This document shows positions 52,758 through 62,297 of a DNA stretch of 64,000 nucleotides, piece after piece; position 1 is the stretch's first letter, and every line of letters begins with the position of its first letter. Source of the DNA: Polyangiales bacterium (GTDB taxonomy: Bacteria > Myxococcota_A > Polyangia > Polyangiales > Ga0077539); contig JAXLYG010000005.1 of NCBI GenBank assembly GCA_046351535.1, positions 357,334 to 421,333 of the forward strand. Reading direction: 5' to 3'. The notes under the pieces are model-generated. The model saw nothing but the letters and a program-made list of their open reading frames with translations, ran no database searches and was not told the origin of the DNA. A program made the translations under genes and the position numbers.

Positions 52758-55700
52758 ATGGACCGCATCGACTCGATCGGCAGGATCCTCGAAGACCTCG
52801 CGCGCACGCTCGACTCGCCAGACCTCGACCCCGACCCGTCGCGCGCCGACTGGTCGACCGTCGAAGGCCGCGTCGCGCAGGCCCGCGGCCTCGTGAACGA
52901 CAGGCTCTTTCTCGACTACGCGACGAAGCTCGACGAAGACGAGGCCCGCGGCACGCCCTCGGGCAACGCCCGCGACGCCGCCGCGTCGACGGTGGGCGAG
53001 CTCGTCGCGCTCTGCGCGGTGTCGGGGCACGGCGACGACGCGAAGACGCTCCTCGACGTCGCGCAGCGCCTCGCCCCGAAGAGCGGCCCCGTGCGGGATG
53101 AGCTCGACGCCGCGCGCTCGCACCTCGACGGCTACGCGATGCTGGTCCGCGCGCGCTGGCTCCTGCGGGCGCAGCGAGAGTCCGAGGGCGACAAGCTGCT
53201 CCGCTCGATCGTGAAGACCGTGACGGAGCCGCGGCTCCGGGAGCGGGCGCGCGTCACGCTCGACGGGCCTCGCTCGCTCAACGGCTCGGTGCCGTCGCTC
53301 TTTCGCATCAACGGCTTCGGCGTGGGGCTCTACGGCTCGCGCGACCCGTGGCCCGACGGGTCGTACGTCACCACGCTCTGCCTCTCGGCGCTGTTCATCC
53401 CGGTGTTTCCGCTGCGGTCGTACCGGGTGAAGCCCGACGCGCGGGGCTGGGTCTTCTTCGCGCGCCACCGCCTCTCGCGCTTCGCCCGCGGCGTTCAGGC
53501 CGTGGTGCTCGGGAGCGCGCTCGCGGGCGGCGCCGCGATGGGCTACCAGTCGTGGGCAGCGTCGCCCGAGCACATCGCCTCCGTCGCGTTCGACGCCGCG
53601 GCGGCCGCGGAGCGAGACCACCACGAGGATCAGGCCCTCCGCGCGTACGAGTCGCTGCTCCAGACGAGCGCGTCGCGGCTCTCGTCGGGCGACCTCGGCC
53701 GCGCCTCGGAGGGCTTCGCGCGCCTCGCGCTCCGCGGTGTTCACGAGCCCCTCGCGATCGCGGACGTCGACCACGCGGAGCGCGTCGTGCGGCGCTTCAC
53801 GTCGCTCCCCGTCGACGCGAAGACCCCGCGCGCCGAAGGGCTCTTCACCGCCGCCGTCACGCGCTGGATGGCGCAGGTCGGCGCCGCCTCGCCCGCCGCC
53901 ACGCAGGCGACGCTGCGGCTCGCCGAGCTCGGCGCGCGCGTCGCTGCGCCAGGCTATCGCACGCCCTTCGACGAGAAGCGCGTCGAGATGGAGCGCCGCA
54001 TCGCCGCGCGCTTCGGCGCCGCGTGGCCCCTCGAGGCGCTGCCGCACCTGATCGCCGTGGGGCCCTCGGCCGTGCAGGAGACCCGATCCCTGGTCGAGTC
54101 GGTGCTCGCGTCGCCCTCGCTCGCGCTCGCAGGCTTCGACGAGCTCCGCACGTGGCAGCGCGCCGTGCGAGACGAGCGCGATCCCGCGCTCGTGGCGCTC
54201 TCTCGTGACGTGACCGACAGGCTCACGCGGGCCGGGGAGCTCGCCGCGACGCCCGCGCGCAGGCAGGCGCTCGAGACCGGGCAGCGCCCCGCGCTCGAAG
54301 CGTGGGCGCAGGCGCACCCCGACGACCAGGAGGTGGTCGCGACCCTCGCGACGCAGCGTCGACGCGAGGGCGCCAACGCCGAGGCGCTCCAGATCATCAC
54401 CGCGATCGGCGCGCCGGGGCGCATGACCCCCGGGGTGCGCCTCGCCTACGCCGATCTGCTCGCGGACACGGGCCGCATCGCCGACGCCGACGAGGTGCTC
54501 TCGCGCACGCTCGAGACGCGGCTGCCCCGCTTTCAGGCCGCGCAGCGCGCGTGGGCAGAGGCCATCGAGCGCGTCGAGCAGGGCCTCGTCAGCACGGCGC
54601 GCAGCGGGGGTCTGCCGACGGACGTGCAGGAGCGCATGCGCGACAAGGCCGAGGCCGAGCAGCGGCAGATCTTCGGCGAGTGGGTGCGCGAGATGATGCG
54701 CAACGCGCCCGAGCTCAACGAGCCGCGCAGCGCGATGGAGCGCGTCTCCGACGTGGTGCCCACGGCGCTCACGCTCGGGATGATCAAGCTCCGACGGGCC
54801 AACGAGTTCGACGGAGACGAGCGGCGCCGCGCGCTCGGAGAGGCCGAGCGGCTCTTCCTCGCGATCCGCGATCAGGCCGAGGGGACGCCCGCGTTTCGCC
54901 TCGGCCTGGGCCAGGTCTATCACCGCCTCGGGCGCGCCGCCGAGGGTGACCGCGAGCTCAACGCGCTGCTCTCGGAGGGCGACGCGCAGCAGAAGCTCGC
55001 GGTGGCGTCGGTGTACCGCGACCTCGGGGTCACCGACCGCGCGCGCACCATCGCGCAGGGGGTCTTCGACGCGAGCGACGGCGACGCGAAGGGCGCCGCG
55101 GCGATGACGATGGCGCTCCTCGCCGACACGCTCGAAGACGAGGAGATGTGGCTGCGACGGGCGCCGGCGACGCTCCCGCGCCTGCACATCCGGCTGCGTG
55201 AGGTCGAGGCGAAGAAGCTCTTTCGCGACGGTCACCTCGCCGAGGCCGACCGGGCCTTCAGCGAGGTCGCGGCGGAGTACAGCCGCGACGCCTCGCACGA
55301 CGGCGCGTCGGCCAACAACGCCGCGATCGCGGAGTTCGCGCGCTTCGGGTGCACCGGCGACGTCGGGCGCGTCGACGCGGGCGTCGGTCTGCTGGAGCAG
55401 GCGCGGCGCCACTCGCCCGAGAGCTCCATCGTGGCGAGCAACCTCGCGGACGCGCTGCTCTTCCGCGGCGGGCTCCGGGTGCTCTCGGGCTTCGCGCGGG
55501 TGAGCGTGATGCGGCCCGAGACGAACGAGCTCGACGGGATGCTCGACGCCCTCTCGCACGGCGCGCAGCGCGAGGCGGCGCTCACGGCGCTGCGCCGTGA
55601 TCCGTCGATTCAGCAGGGGCTCGAGCTGCTCCGCCAGGCGACGGTGCTCTCGCCCGAGCGCGTGGAGCTCTACGCGCAGGAGCTCGACGTGCTCAGCCGC

Positions 55701-56429
55701 GTCGACGACGCCGCGGCGATGCTTCGGCTCCAGGGGCGCCTCCAGCGCGTCGAGCGCCTCGACACGAGCGCGCTCATGTCGCGCCTCCGCCGCTGGCAGG
55801 ACGGCCTCGAAGACGCGATGGTCCGTCAGACGGCCTCCTCGGGCGTGGCGCGCGCCGCGCACGCGGTCACCGAGGTCGAGCGGACCCACGACGCGCCCTC
55901 GCTCGCCCTCACGCTCGAGAACCACGCCCGCGCGCTGCTCTACCGGGCCCGCGTCACCGGCAGCGCCGACGACGCGCGCGCCGCCGCGGACCTCCGTCGT
56001 CGCGCGGCGTCGACGTGGGACGGCGTGGCCGACCCCAGGGCGCTCGCGTCGGCGCTCCTTGAGGCGGCGGTGCTGGCGAGCGTCGGCTCCGACGAGACGC
56101 TTCGACGGGCGCGCGACGCAGACTGGCGCATGTACCCCACGGACCAGTCGCTCCTGCGGCTGCGTCAGTCGGGTGCCGACGGCGTCGCGGCGCTCGCGAG
56201 GCTGCGCGCGCGCCCCGAGGTCGGGGAGGCCCTCACGCTGCTTCGCGCGGCCTCCGCGCGGGAGCCCGGGAGCTCGGACCTCATCCTCGCGCGCGCCTTC
56301 GCCGACGAGGCGCTCCTCTCGACCGCGCAGGGCGCGGCGTCGCGTGACGTCGTGACGCTCGCGCTCGCCATCGAGGCGATCCTCCGACCGACCTCCGCGT
56401 CGAGGGAGCGCGTCTCCGCCGTGCGCTGA
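52758..56429 (+). CDS. Large (~1220 aa) alpha-helical TPR-like repeat protein with an N-proximal transmembrane/hydrophobic module
   Basis: ATG 52758 in frame with the long ORF. Hydrophobic segment TTLCLSALFIPVFPL and AVVLGSALAGGAAMG. Rest is a helical repeat architecture. The antisense 1275-aa ORF is Arg-rich nonsense. Confidence 0.55.
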   Translation: MDRIDSIGRILEDLARTLDSPDLDPDPSRADWSTVEGRVAQARGLVNDRLFLDYATKLDEDEARGTPSGNARDAAASTVGELVALCAVSGHGDDAKTLLDVAQRLAPKSGPVRDELDAARSHLDGYAMLVRARWLLRAQRESEGDKLLRSIVKTVTEPRLRERARVTLDGPRSLNGSVPSLFRINGFGVGLYGSRDPWPDGSYVTTLCLSALFIPVFPLRSYRVKPDARGWVFFARHRLSRFARGVQAVVLGSALAGGAAMGYQSWAASPEHIASVAFDAAAAAERDHHEDQALRAYESLLQTSASRLSSGDLGRASEGFARLALRGVHEPLAIADVDHAERVVRRFTSLPVDAKTPRAEGLFTAAVTRWMAQVGAASPAATQATLRLAELGARVAAPGYRTPFDEKRVEMERRIAARFGAAWPLEALPHLIAVGPSAVQETRSLVESVLASPSLALAGFDELRTWQRAVRDERDPALVALSRDVTDRLTRAGELAATPARRQALETGQRPALEAWAQAHPDDQEVVATLATQRRREGANAEALQIITAIGAPGRMTPGVRLAYADLLADTGRIADADEVLSRTLETRLPRFQAAQRAWAEAIERVEQGLVSTARSGGLPTDVQERMRDKAEAEQRQIFGEWVREMMRNAPELNEPRSAMERVSDVVPTALTLGMIKLRRANEFDGDERRRALGEAERLFLAIRDQAEGTPAFRLGLGQVYHRLGRAAEGDRELNALLSEGDAQQKLAVASVYRDLGVTDRARTIAQGVFDASDGDAKGAAAMTMALLADTLEDEEMWLRRAPATLPRLHIRLREVEAKKLFRDGHLAEADRAFSEVAAEYSRDASHDGASANNAAIAEFARFGCTGDVGRVDAGVGLLEQARRHSPESSIVASNLADALLFRGGLRVLSGFARVSVMRPETNELDGMLDALSHGAQREAALTALRRDPSIQQGLELLRQATVLSPERVELYAQELDVLSRVDDAAAMLRLQGRLQRVERLDTSALMSRLRRWQDGLEDAMVRQTASSGVARAAHAVTEVERTHDAPSLALTLENHARALLYRARVTGSADDARAAADLRRRAASTWDGVADPRALASALLEAAVLASVGSDETLRRARDADWRMYPTDQSLLRLRQSGADGVAALARLRARPEVGEALTLLRAASAREPGSSDLILARAFADEALLSTAQGAASRDVVTLALAIEAILRPTSASRERVSAVR

Positions 56430-56443
56430 GCGCGCGCGACGCC

Positions 56444-57298
56444 CTATCCGCGACGTCCGAGTCCGAAGAGGCGACCGGGGCCCGCGTCGACGTGGCACCC
56501 CATGCACGCCGCGATGCGCCCCGACGAGGTGACCTCGCCTTCGGGCGAGACCGTCCCGTAGATCCATCCACGGTCGGAGCGCGGATCGCGCGCGTCAACG
56601 CGCATCATCACGAAGAGCCCCGCGGGCTGATCGGGCTCCACGGTGGCGCCCTCGGGGGTGCGCGCGACGAGGTGCGCGGCGTGGACCTGGGTGGCGTGCG
56701 CGAGGTCGACGGGGCGGTGCGTCCACGACTCCTTCACGATCACCTGGAGCCTCGACGCGGTGCGCGCGAGGTACGCCGTTCGGTCTCGCGCATAGAGGAA
56801 ATAGACCGTCTGCGTGGGCCCGCCCGACGCGGCGGCGCTGAGCCTCGGGAGGCTCGGCCGGGGCTGTCGACAGAGCCACGGGGCCCATCGGAGCTCGTCG
56901 TCGACGCGTCCCCACGCCACGTACTCGCGCGCGATGGCCGCGAGGCGATCATGCAAGGGCCCCTCGTCGAGCGCGGCTTCCGGCGTGACGTCTTGATGAT
57001 CGGGGCCGAGCGTCCGCGGCGAGGTCTGCCCGCGCAGCCACGGGTGCGCGCGGAGCTCGGCCTCGCTCCACCCCGTGCGTACGAACGGCGCTGCGGGGAC
57101 CACGGGCGCTGCGGGGACCACGGGCGCTGCGGGGACCACGGGCGCTGCGGGGACCACGGGTTGCTGCGCGGGGGCGCCCGCGTCGAAGGTGAGCACGCGG
57201 GGCGCGGGGATGGTCTGCGTGGACGCCGTGCGGGCGTTGATGGCGAGGGCGGCGCACAGGGCCGTGAGGGCCGCGCGAGAGAGCTGCGAGCGGTGCAT
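56444..57298 (-). CDS. Secreted c-type heme protein, possibly cytochrome P460-like, with PAAPVV x4 repeat
   Basis: Signal peptide LTALCAALAINARTAS. Single CXXCH (CMGCH) near the C-terminus as in cytochrome P460 family. 18-bp tandem repeats at about 57088-57160. Confidence 0.45.
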   Translation of the reverse strand: MHRSQLSRAALTALCAALAINARTASTQTIPAPRVLTFDAGAPAQQPVVPAAPVVPAAPVVPAAPVVPAAPFVRTGWSEAELRAHPWLRGQTSPRTLGPDHQDVTPEAALDEGPLHDRLAAIAREYVAWGRVDDELRWAPWLCRQPRPSLPRLSAAASGGPTQTVYFLYARDRTAYLARTASRLQVIVKESWTHRPVDLAHATQVHAAHLVARTPEGATVEPDQPAGLFVMMRVDARDPRSDRGWIYGTVSPEGEVTSSGRIAACMGCHVDAGPGRLFGLGRRG

Positions 57299-57366
57299 CG
57301 AGACTCCGTTGTCGGGTGTGGCGCATTGCAACGGACGAGCTCGGCGGGAGTTCTTCGCGGCGTAGC

Positions 57367-57596
57367 TCTACTGTCCCGGATGAAGCCTGGGCCTTCACGC
57401 CGCGTGTTGGAAACACGCGGCAGGAAACATTTTGTGAGCATCCTGCGAAAAGTCCCGCTTCGCAGGACTCCCAATCGGAGCCTCGTGCGCGAGTCCCGCG
57501 GAGCGGGACTTCATTCAGATCGATCTCGAACTGCCTTCCCTGCCGCGTGTTTCAACACGCGGCGTGGGGGCGCAGCGCTCGTCCGGGACAGTAGAG
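57367..57596. mobile_element. MITE-like element (~230 bp) with perfect 15-bp terminal inverted repeats and internal palindromes
   Basis: TIRs ctctactgtcccgga / tccgggacagtagag. Near-identical subterminal palindromes gccgcgtgttggaaacacgcggc and gccgcgtgtttcaacacgcggc. Central hairpins cctgcgaa...ttcgcagg and gtcccgc-gga-gcgggac. Confidence 0.5.
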
Positions 57597-57657
57597 GTAG
57601 AAAGACGCGCGGGCGGCCGCGCTTCATCACGCGAGGCGCGGCGCGCGACCGCCGCGG

Positions 57658-58044
57658 TCAGGCCTGGCGAGCCTGGTCCTCGCGGCGCGCGCGGAGCGTG
57701 CCGGCGGTGAACGCGACGACGCTCGCGAGGTAGAGCATCGCGGCGATGCCGCCGAACACGGCCGTGGCGTTCATCGCGTTCGAGATCGACCGGGCGAGCA
57801 TCTCGGCCTTGCGCGACGGATCGACGTTGCCGAGCGCCCCGAAGCTCCGCACGAGGAACACCGCCGTGAGCGCGACGCCCAGGAACTCGCTCGCGACCGC
57901 GACGAGCGGGAGCATCGCGGCGCGCTGCCACCACGCGCCCCCGAGGCGGGCGGCGACGCGGCGGCCCCAGGCGTAGAGCGCGACCACCACGCCGATGTGA
58001 ACGGCGAAGCCGAGGAGCGCGGGGAGCGCAGCGAGGACCTCCAT
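57658..58044 (-). CDS. Small membrane protein (MotA/TolQ/ExbB-C-terminal-like?), hypothetical
   Basis: Internal ATG at 58044 (MEVLAALPALLGF...). Three hydrophobic helices. The upstream ORF extension is Arg-rich. Confidence 0.4.
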   Translation of the reverse strand: MEVLAALPALLGFAVHIGVVVALYAWGRRVAARLGGAWWQRAAMLPLVAVASEFLGVALTAVFLVRSFGALGNVDPSRKAEMLARSISNAMNATAVFGGIAAMLYLASVVAFTAGTLRARREDQARQA

Positions 58045-58145
58045 GCGCGCGAGGATACACACTCGCGGCCCCGCGCGGCGCCGCCGTCTGCGCGCGCGAA
58101 CGACCCGCTTCCCCCGCCACGGCGCGCGGTGAGACACTCGCGCGC

Positions 58146-59546
58146 ATGCGAAACGCCAAGATCCTCGCCACGGTGGGACCCGCCAGCCGTGAGCCCGCGA
58201 TGCTCGACGCCCTCCTGGCCGCGGGGGTCAACGGCTTCCGCGTGAACTTCTCGCACGGACTCGCCGACGAGCACCGCGCCACCGTCGCCAACATCCGCGA
58301 GGCCGCGAAGCGCGCGGGCCGTCACGTCGCCATCCTCGGCGACCTCTCGGGCCCCAAGATCCGCTGCGGCACCTTCGCCGGTGGCCCCGTCAACCTCGTC
58401 GAGGGGCAGACCTTCACCCTCACCACGCGCGCCGTGAAGGGAGACGCCTCGGAGGTCTGGTGCACCTATCCGCTCGCCAACGACCTCAGGCCCGGCGACG
58501 CGGTGCTCCTCGACGACGGGCTCCTGCGCTTCAGCGTCAAGGAGGTGCACGGCGAAGACGTGGTGTGCGTGGTCGAGGTGGGCGGGACGCTCTCCGATCG
58601 CAAGGGCATCAACGTGCCCGGCGCGCGCCTCTCGGTGCCCGCGCTCACCCCGAAGGATCACGTCGACGCGAAGCTCGCGATGGAGCTCGGGGTGGACTAC
58701 CTCGCGCTCTCGTTCGTGCGTCGCCCGAGTGACCTCGACGAGGCGCGCGCCCTCATCGGCGAGGGGATCCCCATCATCGCGAAGATCGAGAAGCCCGAGG
58801 CCGTCGAGAACCTCGTCGCCATCATCGACCGCTGCGAGGGGATCATGGTCGCGCGCGGCGACCTCGGCGTCGAGCTCGGCCCCGAGAAGGTCCCCCTCGT
58901 GCAGAAGGAGGCCATCAAGCTCGCCAACGAGCGCAGCAAGCTGGTCATCACCGCGACGCAGATGCTCGACTCGATGATCCGCTCGCCGCGCCCCACGCGC
59001 GCCGAGGCCGCCGACGTCGCCAACGCCGTGCTCGACGCCTCCGACGTGCTCATGCTCTCGGGCGAGACCGCCTCGGGCCGGTACCCCGTCGAGGCCGTGA
59101 AGATGATGGACTCCATCATCCGCGAGATCGAGTCGTCGGCCCTCTACCGCTCCGTCGTCGCCCACGCGCCGCAGTCGATGGGGTGGGACTTCGCCAGCGC
59201 CTGCGCGGCCTCGGCGGCGATCACGTCGCGCCACGCGACGCTCGCGGGCATCGTGGTGTTCTCGCACTCGGGGCGCACGGCCGACCTCGTGGCCGAGTTC
59301 CGCCCCGCGGCGCCCATCGTGGCGGTGACGCCGACGGAGGCCATCGCGCAGCGGCTCGCGCTCCAGTGGGGCGTGATCCCCGTGTGCGCGACGATGCCCG
59401 CGAACCCCAACGACGCGCTGCACGCGGCCGAGGCGATCGCCCGCGAGACGCTCAAGGCGCGCGACGGAGACACCGTGGCCATCGTCGTGGGGAGCCAGAA
59501 GCACTCGGGCAACAAGAGCTTCGTGCTCGACACCCTCGGGCGATGA
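58146..59546 (+). CDS. pyk: Pyruvate kinase
   Basis: MRNAKILATVGPAS...GVNGFRVNFSHG, catalytic Lys/Glu regions, MVARGDLGVE. Confidence 0.95.
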   Translation: MRNAKILATVGPASREPAMLDALLAAGVNGFRVNFSHGLADEHRATVANIREAAKRAGRHVAILGDLSGPKIRCGTFAGGPVNLVEGQTFTLTTRAVKGDASEVWCTYPLANDLRPGDAVLLDDGLLRFSVKEVHGEDVVCVVEVGGTLSDRKGINVPGARLSVPALTPKDHVDAKLAMELGVDYLALSFVRRPSDLDEARALIGEGIPIIAKIEKPEAVENLVAIIDRCEGIMVARGDLGVELGPEKVPLVQKEAIKLANERSKLVITATQMLDSMIRSPRPTRAEAADVANAVLDASDVLMLSGETASGRYPVEAVKMMDSIIREIESSALYRSVVAHAPQSMGWDFASACAASAAITSRHATLAGIVVFSHSGRTADLVAEFRPAAPIVAVTPTEAIAQRLALQWGVIPVCATMPANPNDALHAAEAIARETLKARDGDTVAIVVGSQKHSGNKSFVLDTLGR

Positions 59547-60748
59547 CCGCGGCGCCTCGATGCCCGCGCTGTCAGGTCGCGTTCGAGCCCTTCGCGTTCG
59601 ACGCCGCGACGACGCTCGACCTCTGCCCGCGGTGCAACGGCGCGTGGTTCGACGCGGGAGAGCTCGCGCAGGTGCTCAACACCGCGCGCGACCTGAGGGA
59701 CGTGCCCGATGAGCTCCCCGCGGCGGCGCCCGACGCGCCGCTGTGCCCGCGGTGTCCCGGCGTGTGCCTCGTGAGCGTCGCGTACGCCGAGGTTCCGGGC
59801 GCGCCGCACCTGCTCCGTTGCCCGTATTGTGAAGGCCATTTCGCGCCGCTCTCGTCGCTCGCGGCGATGCGCGCGATCAACGCCGCGGCGCCGCGCACGA
59901 AGCCTCGCACCGAGGCCGTCGTCGCCGTGAGACCGCCGCCCGCGGTGCCCGCGTCGGTCACCGAGGCCGTGGCGGTGCCCATCCCGAAGGTCGATCCCGA
60001 CGTGCACGTCGACCAGGGGATGACCCTGCGCCAGTGCCTCCTCGGCGTGCCCGTGTCGTTCGCGGTCGTCGCCGTCGTGCGCACGACGGGCATCGGGAAC
60101 CTCCTGCTCCACGGCATCCGCGTGTCGCTCCACGAGCTCGGGCACGCCTCCGCCGCGTGGGCGTGCGGAAACATGTCGGTGCCGCTCCCCATCGGCGTCA
60201 CGTACACCACGCCGGGCAGGAGCCTCTTCGTTCACTTCGTGGTGCTCGCCCTGAGCGGCGCGGGCGTGTGGGCGGGGCTGCGCGCGAAGACCCTGGCGCC
60301 CGTGCTCGCGTGCGGCGCGTACGGCGTCGCGTCGCTCGTGTGCACGTGGGGTTTGAGCGAGGCCACGCAAGACACCGTGCGGGTGTTCATGGGCTGCGGC
60401 GGCGAGCTGGTGCTCGGCGCGCTCCTGGTCGTGCTGGCGCACTGGGAGATGCCGCCGAGGCTCCAGTGGGGGCGCTTCCGCTGGGTGGTGCTCGCGCTCG
60501 GGGCGTGCTGCTTCGTGTCGGCCTCGCTCTTCTGGCGCGAGGCCGCGCGCGACTGGGACCTCATCCCCTGGGACGCCGCCCTCGCCGACACCGGCGACAT
60601 GACCAGGCTCCGCGACGACCACGGGTGGAACGAGGCGAAGATCACCGCGCGCTACACCGCCCTCTCGTGGGCCTGCCTCGCGGCGATCGTCGTCGCGCAG
60701 CTCACGGCCGCCGCGCGCCTCTGGCGGAGGCGTCGCTTCGCGTCGTGA
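59543..60748 (+). CDS. Membrane protein with two N-terminal zinc-ribbon (TFIIB-type CPxC...CPxCxGxWFD) motifs and a polytopic HExxH domain (putative intramembrane/M50-like metalloprotease)
   Basis: CPRCQVAF...LCPRCNGAWFDAGEL and CPRCPGVC...CPYCEGHF. HELGHA in a TM helix. ATG overlaps the pyk stop (ATGA). Confidence 0.6.
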   Translation: MTAAPRCPRCQVAFEPFAFDAATTLDLCPRCNGAWFDAGELAQVLNTARDLRDVPDELPAAAPDAPLCPRCPGVCLVSVAYAEVPGAPHLLRCPYCEGHFAPLSSLAAMRAINAAAPRTKPRTEAVVAVRPPPAVPASVTEAVAVPIPKVDPDVHVDQGMTLRQCLLGVPVSFAVVAVVRTTGIGNLLLHGIRVSLHELGHASAAWACGNMSVPLPIGVTYTTPGRSLFVHFVVLALSGAGVWAGLRAKTLAPVLACGAYGVASLVCTWGLSEATQDTVRVFMGCGGELVLGALLVVLAHWEMPPRLQWGRFRWVVLALGACCFVSASLFWREAARDWDLIPWDAALADTGDMTRLRDDHGWNEAKITARYTALSWACLAAIVVAQLTAAARLWRRRRFAS

Positions 60749-60783
60749 CCTTTCGCGCGTCCTCCTCCAGAATCGCCCGTCGC

Positions 60784-61716
60784 ATGGCACGCGCGCTCAC
60801 CCGACTCGGCTTCGTCGCGGCGCTCGTCTGCGCGTGCTCGCCGTACCCCACGGCGCCCGGCCTCATGGTCACGCCGCCCGATCCGACGCGCGCGGGCGTG
60901 CTCGGGTTCGACGGGCCTCGCGGCGCCGCCGCCGTCGATTTCACCGCGCAGGCGAGGGTGACCGACGCGCTGAAGGTGCAGGTGGTCTTCCCCGCGCGCG
61001 TCGACGGGAGCCTCGAGGCCGAGAGCGCGCCGTACCCCGCCGTGGTGTTCGTGCAAGACGCGGCGGTCTCGCGCGGGCGGTACCGCTGGCTCGCGGCGCA
61101 CCTCGCCACGCGGGGCTACGTGGTGATCCTGCCCGACCACCCCTTCAACCTCGCGATGCTCGACGCCGACCACGCCGTGCTCGCGCTCCGCGCCGTGCGC
61201 GACGCCGCCGCCGAGACGGGGACGCTCCGCGGCGCCATCGACCCCTCGGCCCTCGCCGCGGTGATGGGCCACGGCCTCGGCGGCGTCGTGGCCGCGCGCC
61301 AGTGGGCGCACTACACCGACTTCAGCGCGGTGGCCGTTCTCGCGGCCTATCCCGCCGACGCCGACTACGACGCCATCCGCGCGCGCCGCGGCGCGCACGC
61401 GCTGCTCATGGCGGGCACGGCCGACGTCCCCACGGCGCTCACGCGCGTTCAGGGCGCGTTCACGACGGTCTTCGAAGACCCCAAGCTCTACGCGCAGGTC
61501 GACGCGCTCAACCACTTCGCGTGGACCGACGACCCCACGAACGACGAGCTCACGAGCGACGGCCCGCGGCCCCCGACGGCCGACGCGCGGGCCGAGACGC
61601 GCCGCGACGCCCTCACGGTCCTCGACCTGTGGCTCGACAGCGTGCTGCGCCGCGACGCCGACGCCACGATGAGCCTCGCCACCGGCACGTTTCACAACGT
61701 GACGCTCCTGCGATGA
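60784..61716 (+). CDS. Alpha/beta-hydrolase-fold lipoprotein (dienelactone hydrolase/chlorophyllase-like)
   Basis: Lipobox LVCACS. VVFVQDAAVSRGRYRWLAAHLATRGYVVILPDH and nucleophile-elbow-like MGHGLGG. Confidence 0.55.
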   Translation: MARALTRLGFVAALVCACSPYPTAPGLMVTPPDPTRAGVLGFDGPRGAAAVDFTAQARVTDALKVQVVFPARVDGSLEAESAPYPAVVFVQDAAVSRGRYRWLAAHLATRGYVVILPDHPFNLAMLDADHAVLALRAVRDAAAETGTLRGAIDPSALAAVMGHGLGGVVAARQWAHYTDFSAVAVLAAYPADADYDAIRARRGAHALLMAGTADVPTALTRVQGAFTTVFEDPKLYAQVDALNHFAWTDDPTNDELTSDGPRPPTADARAETRRDALTVLDLWLDSVLRRDADATMSLATGTFHNVTLLR

Positions 61717-62297
61717 CCGCCGCGCGCCGCACGTCGACCCTCGCGCTCGCGCTCCCCGCCGCGCTCCTCTGCGCGCGCGAGTGCCGCGCCGACCCGCTCG
61801 CGCTGCGCGCCCCCGTGGCCGGTCGCGTGGTGACGGCGACCTTCGGCACCCCCGAGCTCTCCGCGGGCGCGTGGCTCTCCGACCGCTTCGGCTTCGCCGT
61901 CGAGTGGCACCTCCCCGCGAGCGCCGTGGGCGGCTCCATCGCGACGCGCCGCACGCTCGTCGGCGAGCGCATGGGCTGGGGCGTCGACCTCACGCTCGCG
62001 GGCGGCCTGACGGTGCCGCTGATCTCCCTCGCGGGCGCGGTGAGCTTCACGCCCGCGCTCGTGGGGCGCTGGCGCAACGACTACGTGCACGTCGCGGCGA
62101 GCGTCGTGTCGCCGATGGTGCTGCGCGTCGTGCCCGACCCCGCGCTGCGGCTCCCGCTGCTGCTCGAGGTGTGGCTCATCGGGCACTACCGGCGCCTCTC
62201 GCTCGGCGTTCAGGGCTCCGTGGGCAGCGTCTTCGTGACGGGACTCTCGTGGGCCTACGCGATCCAGGCCTCGGGCTTCGTGGGGTGGGACCTCTGA
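61713..62297 (+). CDS. Hypothetical secreted protein (possible small beta-barrel/outer-membrane protein)
   Basis: ATG overlaps the upstream stop. Signal peptide LALALPAALLCARECRA. Beta-rich with C-terminal aromatic (VGWDL). Confidence 0.45.
   Translation: MTAARRTSTLALALPAALLCARECRADPLALRAPVAGRVVTATFGTPELSAGAWLSDRFGFAVEWHLPASAVGGSIATRRTLVGERMGWGVDLTLAGGLTVPLISLAGAVSFTPALVGRWRNDYVHVAASVVSPMVLRVVPDPALRLPLLLEVWLIGHYRRLSLGVQGSVGSVFVTGLSWAYAIQASGFVGWDL

Noticed and set aside
52740-56567. 1275-aa minus-strand ORF opposite the TPR-like giant protein
   Set aside because: Arg/Gly/Glu-rich low-complexity. The plus-strand product has balanced helical-repeat composition and a sensible ATG start.
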